64,000 nt of DNA from the NCBI RefSeq assembly GCF_964355755.1, contig NC_092677.1:12980101-13044100 (forward strand), read 5' to 3'. The DNA is from Antedon mediterranea (lineage: Eukaryota > Animalia > Echinodermata). The translations under genes and the position numbers were made by a program. Positions 12,817 to 24,800 of this stretch are shown one piece after another (positions within the stretch are counted from its first letter, which is position 1; each line of letters opens with the position of its first letter). The notes below the pieces were generated by a model, which saw only the letters and a list, made by a program, of their open reading frames with translations, was not told the origin of the DNA and did no database searches.

Positions 12817-15800
12817 CCGTAATAGTAATAGTAAATAATGATTATTTTATTTACCTGACGTTTCGCCAACTATCAGTTGGCTTTCTATTATATTTTATTT
12901 GTAATACCAACCGAATGAATCTTTTTAATGAATAACATTGAATGTGATCAAATAATTATCCATAAAAGTTAAAACTAATACAATCTATCATAGGACACAA
13001 TTCATGCTATTGGGACAGTGTTTAAATTTCAAATTTTGTTTTATTCTTACAAAAAATTCTCAATATCTTATTGTGAAAAGAATATAAATACTCATACAGG
13101 CATATAGAAATTCTAAAACCACCCAGTGATATACTGAAAATTTGTAATCAATGAAGATGAAATAGAGTATATAATAATATTAGCTCTATTTTGTGCCTAG
13201 TTTATCTGGATAAAGCGACAATAGCCTATTCTCTTCAAAGAGGAGTTGGTTTGTGTCATTTACTTTTAGGAAAAAAAATTTAAGCTGTATTAATTTCTTT
13301 TCAGACGATGGGTGAGAATACGACAAGGAGAACTTTCCTACTACAAACCGGATGAAGACAAACACACCGCCCTTAACATATTACAACTAACACATGATGT
13401 GACGGTAGTAAAGAAAGTTGGAGATAATGCTGTCAGTATAGCAACAAGAAAAAAGATTTACCAGTAAGTAGTATAATAGTCATGCAAGTATAACTGTATA
13501 CAGTTAAGCTCTGTCTACACTATCAAACTTTATGTGACAAAAAAATGTGATGTTCCCATATATGGACATGATGATGCATATCACTACCATATTTTGGCAC
13601 ATACTTTTTTTTGTCGTCAAACTAGTTTGATAGTGTAGACAGAGCTTTATACCAATACTGGCCTGTTTGCTGTGTGGAGGTTCAAGAGTCCAGTGTAGCC
13701 ACTAAGCCTAAGCATATATTTTAACACCATTGCTTTAAAACAGCACCCACTCAAGACAACACTGGAATGTATTGTTCTATATGTTCTCACCCAATCATAG
13801 CATTCTAGACTTCTCTAGCTACAGTACATCTATAGGTTTGCTGATTTTTTTCAATTCAATTCAATCTTTTATTCTAGTCCATAGAAAATAACATAATTAC
13901 ATATATGACTTGCATAAACCAATATTAAATTGTTGTAATGCACCTTTGACATTATTTGCATTTCCTTTTCTCTTTGTTTGACCTTTTTAGGTGTACCCTT
14001 GCTTTAGTTGATTAAAACTTGTAATGCTGTAGTTCTCATACTCCAATCGTGTCAAATCCTCCCTAAATTTTAAAAGTTATACCTTTTTGTGCCCCCATCA
14101 GTGTTTACAGAATAAAAATGTCATGCATCTGATTCACTCAAAATTGAAATCGTCAATCAGCGTGAAAGGATAATCAAATCAGAGGGTATAAGTTGGCTGT
14201 TACAACAGCTCTACCTCCATCAGAGCGGAAGTATGCGACATGATTTTAATAAAGGTTAAAATCTGAATGATTAAGTGTATGGGACTATGTAGATGCTGGA
14301 AAATTTTAAACGACAAACCAACTTGATAAAATATGTATTCATATAAAAGAACAGAAACCGTTTTTATTCGTGATAACTTTCCTTACAGTTTCCGTATACC
14401 CAGTAACAGTCAACTTACTCCTAAAGAAGTAACTAAAGCCAGGGATGAATGGATACGAGTGAGTATTAATTTGTAATTTAATAATAACAAATTGTTTAGT
14501 GTAAAACCTCTGTTTACACTATCAAACTAGTTTAACAAAAAATGTGTGACTTGCCCAAATATGGTAATGATATGACGTCATCATGTCCATATGGGCACAT
14601 CGTATTTTTTCGTCACATAAAGTTTGATAGAAAGGTGTAGAGCTTTACTTATTGTTTTTCATAAAAATGAAAAGTCATGAAAATTAAAAATAAAAAAATC
14701 ATTAATTGTATTATAAAAGATATTAGATTTGAGTATAGGTCACTGATCATAATAGAAATTAATAATTTAATAAATAAAACTTTTGCTTTCAAAGGCTCTG
14801 AAGTATGCATGTGGAGATCGACGATTAGATACGGAACCGTTCAACGATGCTTATAACCGTGCAGTCAATGCAGCGAGGGACCAAGTGCAGGGTGTAGGCA
14901 GAAACAAGGAGAATATAAGAACAACGGTCAAAGATTTCCAAAAGGTACTAAATACTTTCAAAGAAGCAATTATGTAAATATGTTGTACATGTGAAATATA
15001 TGATAAGTTGATACATACATGCATTTACTATTATGTTAATTACGTTGGCTCGTAATTGTTTAATAGAGTGTGCCATATGCATACATAACTTGTAAATAAA
15101 AAAAAAAATACTCTAAAAAAACAATTGCAATACATTTAAAATACATTCGTAAATACAGTTATGCATAATTGTGGGTCTATTTGAATACTAAAGATTCATT
15201 TAAAGGTTCCTGGATGTTCTCTAGTGAAATGGGCACAGGCCCCTGGATGTGCTCAAGTGAATCAGTACAGGCCCCTGGATGTACTAAAATGAAATGGGTA
15301 CAGGCTCCTGGTTGTGCCCAAGTGAAATGGGTACAGGCCCCTGGATGTGCTCAAGTGAAATGAGTATAGGCCCCTGGATGTGCTCAAGAGAAATGGGTAC
15401 AGGCCCCTGGATGTGCCCAAGAGAAATGGGTACAGGCCCCTGAATGTGCTCAAGTGAAATTGGTATAGACCCCTGGATGTGCTCAAGTGAAATGGGTACA
15501 GGCCTCTGGATGTGCTGAAATGAAAGGGGCAGGCCCTTGGATGTGCTCTTTTCCACCTGTTTCTTTTTGATACATTTTAGCCAATGTTTATGTTAATTTT
15601 CAAAAATTTTCTTTAACAAATTGACATTTTTCAGGAATTAGAAACATTGAACTCAGTATTAGCAATGATGAATGTTAAAGGAGATGCAAAGGCTGCGATG
15701 GACAAACTGCAGAGTATGGCAATGAGCATTGAAACAATGATAAAAGCAAAAGAAAATGTTATAACAAGGTAAAAACATTTCTCATTGATTTTTTTGATTT

Positions 15801-18800
15801 TGAGGATTAACACAAATATAGAAAATAAGCAGCAATAAACGAAAAATCTACACAGGAAAGAGACCTTTACACCCCCAATTCTGAAAGGCTACCCATGATG
15901 AGGAAATACTTCATTTATTTCTCTATGGTCCGCCTAAGCAAGGTTGACAAATAGACATCGATATTCGGTTTTTCCCCTCTCCCATTACCTTCTCCACAAT
16001 CCAGCATATTCTGTAGGTGATGTGTGCAGTCAAAGAAGCCATAAACTGCTTTCTTTTATAACACTGTTATTTTAAATTTCTAGTGATGCAGTAACAAATA
16101 AAAAGGATATTGAAAAGACAGAAGAGGAAATCTACGACACAAACAGCGTGACAGAGAGCAGCTATACAACAGTTGACGATGAGTTCCGACATAACCAAGC
16201 CAACAGTCAATCAATGAACAGGGAAAAGATTCCAACCAGTGCTGCTGCCATGGTACAATTCGAGAACAATAATGAGGCAGATGACAACAGAGCAAGTATG
16301 AAATCAGCACCAGAAGCAGAGAGGGGTCTCGCGGAACTTGCAGGACCGAGCACATCGACCTCGCCAGAGAAGTTATACGAACGTGGCGGTTCTGTAAGGA
16401 ACTCTATCATGAGTTCTGAACCAGAGTATGCTGATGATGTGTATCTTCACACAAGAAATGATGATAGTGCAACAGAGTCTGCTAGACCAAGCACGCCGTC
16501 ATCACCAATAGAGCTGGACTCCGAACGGTCTAACACAAATTATGTTCCGCTTCCTCCTCCTCTTCCTCCTCCTGATTTATTGGGTAAGTTTTGTTGTGAG
16601 TTGATTGGGCCTAAGAAGTATAAATGTTTGTTTTAACTTTTTATGATACAATTAATTATTGTTTTTTGGATATATGCAAAGCATGATTTAAGGAATGTGT
16701 AAATCAAGTTGAGAAAACAGAATTGAATCTTAATACAGCATGTAAAACTCGCATAAAAAAAAATAGATACAGCATGGCAAAAACTTTTTGAAAAAAAAAA
16801 ATCAAGAAGACATGTCCTTTTGGATTTATGGTTATTATGGTAGAATTAGAACCATCCTTTCTGAAATGGCATGGAATCAGAGCATGGAAACATGACAGCT
16901 GTTAAGCATTCTTAAACATGGACTCTTTCTAGGGATTGAACTATTTTAAGCATGGAATCTTTCTAGGAATGGAACTACTTTAAGCATGGATACTTTCTCG
17001 GAATGGAACTATTTTAAGTATGGAATCTTTCTAGGCATGGATTATTCTGCATCATGGAATTTACATCTACGACTCATCAATGTTTATTCTTGTAAATGGC
17101 AGAACATGAAAACCCAAACCCAGGCAATTCAAAAGTAATACGTGAGGGATCAGTGCAAGAAAGAGTATGTGCATTGGAGGAGAAGGATGGAATGCCAGTG
17201 CCTAGAAGAGGTCTGGCACGGCAGCCTGCAAGAAGGTGCAAATCTCCTGGAGGGACAACAGTCGGAAAGCAGATTATCAAAGCAACCGTTAGCAGTGAAT
17301 CTACAAATTCTTTCTCACCAAGACCTTTTAACAGTATGAGTAACAAATCGGTGCATCACGTACAAGCACCATCAAATTCAAGATCTCTTTCAAACCTTTC
17401 AGGTCAAAGGTTATCATCAGCGATAAACTCTGGGGGAAATAAATCAAATAAGGGTCAACCCCCAAAACGATCACTTCCTCCCATTCCATTATCAGACAAA
17501 GCGCTGCAATCTAAAACATCACCAAAAGGAGACAATAATAAACTGGAGAATAAATCTGATTCAAAATCCTTGGGTCAACAACTCCGTTCTGTGTATTTGA
17601 ATAAATTTCGCGGAAAAAACCGAACAGCTACAAAAAAGACGCAGGCTTTAAATATGCCTGAAAATGAATATGAGGATGCACCACCTCCCCTGCCGCCACG
17701 TAGTTCAAGGTTGTTTGAGGCCCCGCAAATGCGAAGGCCCAACTCAAGGTGCTCATCAGGATCAAGATACTCTGGTGGCGGAGGAGTTTCCACTGGTCAT
17801 CTATCTGGTGCATCTGTAGTAGGAACACCACCACCTCCTCTGCCAAGTCATGGTAATAACCTGTTCATTAAAGCACTCCTACTCTTGGTTCAATCTGTCA
17901 CCTATTCATCTTCAAGCTACCTTTGAGCATGATTACTTCTTGAAAAGGGTGATATATAAATCTAGTTTAATAAAGTAATAATAGAAATTTATAATATGTC
18001 ATTATCATTTGTGCCATTTAATGTTGGTAATAATAATAGTGTTAGTAATGATAATAATGATCACTTTCCATCTTTTTCTATTTGACTGTTTTCAAATACA
18101 CTCCACCATCACACGCTTATTAGGTAAGAAAATATTAAATGAAATTCAGAGACATTCTACCAATCAATATATAATTGATATAAATATATTGTTTATATTT
18201 CATCAAGGTACAACAAAAGGATATACGGTATAGAAAAAGTAGCTTGTCTTAACAGCTAGGATAATTATTTCCAATAATGACATTGTATTGAATGTATTGT
18301 TTTTAATTTATAGGCGCAGTTCCCCCTCCACCACCACCACCTCCCCCTGCAGTTGCTTTAGCGCTTCAGCAAAAGTTCACAGTGAAATCAAATGTCAAGA
18401 TGAGACCATTCCATTGGAACAAGACACCGGTACCAATGGTAAGATTTTTATAAAAAAATGGTAGTATCATTTTACATTTTATGTTATTAATTTATTAAGA
18501 TTAATTGTAGTTTCCTTTTATTAAAAAAATGCTTTCTCCAGACTCTTTGTGTAATTCGATTTAAAAAAAGTTATTGTGAGAGGTAGATTTGCTCTAGGAG
18601 ATCTGGGCTTGGTCACATGCTTACAGAAGACTCTGTTGTTTTTCTTAAAAGCGAGACTTAATATGTCTAAGAAAGTCTTTTGGGTCATATAGAAGTTACA
18701 AAACTAGTAGGAAATACTAATTTAAATCTAGAATGTTAGCTTCAACAGATTTGGTTAAAAAACAAGAGTTTACACCATGTGACTTCCTTCTATCAGGGCC

Positions 18801-21800
18801 ACTCTCTTAGTCATCATGTCACAGTTTAGTTGCTAAGGCAGAAATTTATATATACAACAGTTTCTATGTTGAAAGTACTTTTTTGGAAATATTATTGAAC
18901 ATAATCCCAAGCCCATATTTAGGGGACAGTAATAGGTGACAGCATTCTGTGAAACAAGGAGAAATATTTGTTTAAAAAATATTGCCAACCTCCATTAAGA
19001 TGAAAGCCCTATTAAAAATATGGCCAACCTCCATTAAGATGAAAGCCCTATTAAAGGTGACAGCATTCTGTGAAACAAGGGACAATATATTATGTTTCAA
19101 CAATATGGTCAACCTCTATTGAAGGGAAATCCCTATTAAGGTTACAGCATCATGTGAAACAAGGGGAAATATTTGCCACCCTTATTAAGAGAATGAAGTT
19201 GGCTCTTTACAAGATGTTAAAATGTATTTTTAGTAAATATTCCATGAAAATCCAGGGACTTCATCAGCAACCGAATGTTAGGCCTAGATACAGGCTATTA
19301 AAAAAAGTTTCCAAACATTTTTTTTTTTGGCTACAATTGAACCATGTACTTCTCATTAAATCCTGACTGGCTTACATCAAACTGTGCCGCAAACATCAAA
19401 GTAAAACTTTTCAACAATTGAAAGAATTATCTCTTTCATCTTTTTCTTTGTTTCTTTTCAAAAAACATGTTGATATTATTTCATTCAGGAAACATCAATA
19501 TTGAATTGAGTTATTTACACACCTGGCAAAAATTAAGTGGTCCAAAAATGGATTTGAAGTTAACGTTCGTTCCAAAAACTTATTCAAGTAACTGTCCTTT
19601 TCAGTCAAGTCATGTTGTTTATCTTCTATAAAACCAAAACAATTCAATGCCGGAGACATTTCCCATCTCTCGCAGCATCTCTCGCAACTTTTTTTCTCAA
19701 CAAAATTAGTTCAAAACATCTGTTTAAATCTGTTCTGAAATTTAGGATATTCAGTAGGATGCTAAAGAACTGTCTACACTATCTAGTCTAGTCCAAGTAT
19801 GGTTGTGATATGACATTATCATGTCCTTATATGGGCACATCACATTTTTTTTTTAAAGTAAAGTTTGATAGTGTAGACAGAGCTTTAGTTCCAACCATTC
19901 AAATCAAACCATTTTATCAATGCTAAAGTCAAGACATGTGTTGTACAGATTAAGTACTAAACATGGATAACTTTTACAGTCAAGGAAAAGAACATGAATG
20001 ACAAGTTTTGATTAATGCAAACTAGGGATTTAGTTCAGCCTACAGAGAGAAACAGTCAGAAGTTAAGTCATACAGAAAATCAGTGCAACATGCAATGCAA
20101 AAAAGGCGAAAACATGACTTTATTTTATTTATAATACCATGCAGTCTATATAGTTTAAATATAATTTGAAAATATTGAAAATATGTGCCATATGCCCCCT
20201 GAAAATAAAAAAGTTAAATTGATAAAAGTTTAATGTTTACTCAATTGTTTTTACTTGATGAAACAAATGGTTACATAAAAGCTCAAACTGATAAAGGCTT
20301 TTATAAGCAAATAATACATTTACAAAATTTTCTTTCTTTAGGTATGTAACAGTGTATGGAAAGACACTAGAGATGTTACATGTAAATTGGATTTGGTAAA
20401 ATTAGAAGCAATATTCGGTTCACAAGACGGAAAAACTCCAGTTGGTAAGAATTAAATTATATTATAAATATACTTATAACTACTTTTAGAAACTTGTGCA
20501 TGGCCAAAAAATAAATAAATTGATAACTGTGTAAGTTCTGAAAAGATCCAGAGGTCTAAATCTTCTTGCAGTTTTTTTGTTTTTAATAATAGAATAACTT
20601 TAACAAAAATGAAAAATAAACAATACATGACTTGAAAAAAAACACCAATACATGACTTGGAAAAAAAAAATACATCATGGAATGAATGTAATGAATCATT
20701 GTGAATTGAATAAATTGTTTTTTTTTGGTAAAGTTTTGCAGAATCCAATAAAGAAGAAAATCAAAACACTGCTTGATCCTAAGCTAGCTCAAAATCTTGG
20801 TATTTTCTTGAGTGGATTTAAGATTGACATAAACGACATTAGGAATAGACTGGTGATTCTATATGAATGTGATGGTGGCCTGTCACCAGAACACATCTCA
20901 GCTCTGAGAAGGTAATACATAATGAATACTTTCTTACCTAGCTTTAAAAGCGCTAAATTCATACCTAATAACATCATGTATGTACTAGGATTCATTGATA
21001 TCGTGGATCCAGGATTTTGGGAAAAGGAGGGGCCATACAGGGAGTCCTACTTTGAAAACATTTCCTGGACCCTTTTTTTAATGTTTTTTTTCTAAAAGGT
21101 TGGTCCCATCAAAATCCCCCAGATTATCCCCAAGTACAATATATACTGGGCCGGAAGAAACCCAGGTTCAGGAAAAAAATGATTGGTAAGCATTTCTTTG
21201 TAAAATAATTTGAACTGGTTAGCGAGAGGCTTCCAGACCAAAAGTCAATACTGGGACTATACCCGGGGATATGCCTGTTTGTGAAATCTGACATAAATTA
21301 GGGGGTGGAATTAGACCCGACAATGGATTATACCCGAGGATATACAGTAGACACAGAATATAAATGCTGTAGCCAAGTTTGGATTTTCTTTCTTTCCAGA
21401 TTCCAACCGACAACAGAAGACAAAGAGATGTATAAGGCATATGATGGAATTCCAACAGAATTAGAAGCAACAGATCGTTTTATGATGCTTATGTGTGAAA
21501 TTCCAAATATACGTATTCGTCTTGACCTTTTAAGCACTGTCAATGAGTTTCCTGTACAGTATGAGGATCTCGCACCAGTAAGTTATAAATAAACTTTTAT
21601 AGTCGACTTCCTTTAATTTGATAAATTGCCCCAAAACATACAGTGAATTGATCTTGGTTTGTACTATTATTATTATGGGATACTACTCTACTTTTTGTTT
21701 ATCCCTCTATGATACATACATACATATACCTGCATTTATATTGCACCTGAACATTACAGATTTGCGATGAATGGAACATTCCAATCTCTCAGTCTACTAT

Positions 21801-24800
21801 TAAAATTATTTGATTTGACACAAGTAGGTAAATTTATGGGCCCTTGGGGGATAAACTTAAAACCTTTAGATATAGTATTGCAATACCTTGAAATATTGTA
21901 ACCCTTAATTGTAAACCACTTTTGGACACCATTTGAATTGACAATTTCTTACTGTAAATGTGGGTACTGTTAGATATATAAACATATATACAAATAAACT
22001 TTATAATTGGTTATCCGCAACGAAGTTGCAGGATAACCTCTTGTGATTGTACGAAATCATCATCATCATCATCATCATCATCAACTTTTTATTCTTCTTC
22101 TTTCTTTCTGTATGATTTTTGTGTAACGCTTTTCTCTAAAACTCGCAAACATAACATTTCGGTAACTATCTTAACATATTGACATTTACGTAACGTCGTC
22201 AAGCGAAGCTTTTCATGACGTTTACAATTGCGCAACGTGACTTACGCGCGATTTAACGATTTTGTCGTATTTAACATAGCTCGACAACCAAATAACATTT
22301 CAACTTGAAAATTAGCAAAAGTTTAATTTATATCATGCGCTAACTTTCTGTTGAAAAAAAATTGCGTGTTTTACACAAAGTTTTAAAATGCGCAAAATTA
22401 ATTTATAATCAACTTTCTACGCGTTTCATGTCGTGTTAAGCATGTCAAAAATTCCCACGCGTGCGCAAATTTTTACGTGTGCGGTGCGCACGTAGCATTG
22501 AAAACGTATTTTTTTCGCGTGATATATGTTTTTCCAGCCTTTTCTAGTAATTTTACCAAATTTTAAACAATTTCGACTTAAAGATACGTCATACGAGCAC
22601 GTCGAATTGGACAATTTGCGCGCGTTTTTTATGAAAAGGTTAAAAAATTCGTTTAAAATATGCCTTTTTTTAAACAGTCGTAATTTCTAAACTAGACGGT
22701 CAAATTTTTGTGGATGACATATTCTAGAAGTAGATGAGTTGTAGATATCGGATCAGGTATTAATATGGCTAACCGGACATTGTGACGTCATCGTATGGTC
22801 ACGCGAATATAAAATTTAGGATTTTTGTATCTTTCGTCATAGCTCATCACATTGAATAGAGCGCATCTCCACTTATCCGTTTTCCATTTTCACCCCGATT
22901 TTGATATTGTGTAGGTCAATCAACTATCTTTCGCATGAGTTAAAAATATTTTAATTTTTTTGACGTCATCATGCCTAAAAATTTATATCATGTGTGGCAT
23001 CAATTTCATCTTTACAGTAAATTTTAATCTGTTATAGCTCGTAAGAATAAAATGTGATAATCACGATTAAAACTTTTTCTGGAAGCTATTGGATTGTAGA
23101 TACGAAATTATGTAAAAATGTTGCCAATCGGATGTTGTGACGTCATCATATGGCCAGTTAAATAAAAAAGGTCGTATTTTCATCTTTTGCGTCATAATTC
23201 ATTACATTTAAAAGAGCGCGCATCAATATTTCACATATTCAAATTTCTTCTACACGCTAATACGTTGTTGCTGAGATAATTTCCTTTCGGAATAGCTAAC
23301 TTCGCGTTTCATTTTAAAACCGTCAACATGTTAAAAATTGCAATAAATAGCGGGTCCCGTAATTTCACCTATTCTACACTGTATGTGATATGGATACAGA
23401 TTATACTGTGTATACTATATATGAATTTAAATAATAAAATTCAGCAATAACAACATATCATATTCTTCAGTTCAGGTCATAATGCCAACGTGAACACTTC
23501 CTTTTGTCCTCAACCTATCCCCTTAATGTTAATGTTGCACCACTTGCGCGGCGGATAACCAAACTCGTCAAAGTGACGAGTTACATGTCTAGTTACATGT
23601 ACTTTCTATTCCAATCGACTATGACAGTGACAGTTTTAACAAAGTACTAAATGGCAAATGTTTTACTGTATTTAGTGGTATATTATTTTTAGATCAAAAA
23701 TTGGGACTCATTTTTTGCCAAGTTTCTGTTTTGGAAGTAATTCCTGGGATGATAATTTTTGATTACACAATCATTGTGTCTATTCGTTTCTGTAAACGAC
23801 AAGGTATTATAGTAGTCTTGGGTACGGTATGTTCATTTGAATCGCAAGTTTTTATGCTGAAATTACTGTGTATTCGAGAACCATATGTGGGCACGACCTA
23901 AAAAACAAATGATTCCTTCAATTCTGCCGTCAGTTACAAAATAAAGTGTGATACGTAGTGATTTATCAATTGAATCTAACCTATACTCTACATACTTAAT
24001 TTAAATTAATGTATTAAATTATTTGGCATTGCATACTAATTAATTTATCAAGGTTTGTACAAGCAATTTAAAGTTTAAATAAGTTAATTCAAATTTAAAA
24101 TTTAATTTGTAAAAAAAAGTGCAGTTATATAAATTTTAATTAATAAGTAATCTCGGGTCCAAGGAAAAAGATGATGTCTATAGATATATAATTTTATCTG
24201 ACATTTAGCCATAATTTGCAATCTTTGAGTAAAAAATAGATCATCAAATCATATCTATCACATTGTATTAAGAAAATAATATTTTAAAGGTCTAATTTTC
24301 ATTTTTATTTGAATTTCCTATTTCTAAAAGTTAAATTTCTAAAATGTAAACTGTATGTGTAATTGAACCCATATTAAGGACTATATAAACTTTATTTAGA
24401 CACGAGACTGATGTGCAGTACAACTCGTTCAATCAATATTGATTGTTTTTACACAAGTTCGTGATACTGTATTACAAAAAAAAAAATCAACACCATATAA
24501 ATACGACAGAAACGAAAAAATTGAAATTGAAAAGAAACAAAACTAAACAGTTCCCGTCCAAAGTGTTGCCTTAATAGGGGTGTCCCTTTAAATAGGGGTG
24601 TCCCCTTAATAGAGATGTCCTCTGAATACGAGTGTCCCTTTATTAGGATTTTCCCTTTAATAGAGGTATCCCTTAAATAGGAGTGTCCCTTTAAAATAGA
24701 GGTGTCCTCTTAATAGAGGTGTCCCTTTAATAAGGTGTCCCTTTAATAGGAGTGTCCCTTTAATAGAGGTGTCCTCTTAATAGGGTGTCCCTTTAATAGA

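Noticed and set aside
15169-15556. Repetitive ORFs (LEHIQGPVPIS etc.)
   Set aside because: 33-bp intronic minisatellite; the flanking exons splice in phase without it.
17853-17975. Alternative last exon giving an FH2-less formin isoform (stop 17926, AATAAA 17969)
   Set aside because: The segment resembles an L2/CR1-type tail remnant and AATAAA is common by chance in this AT-rich DNA; unsupported without transcripts.
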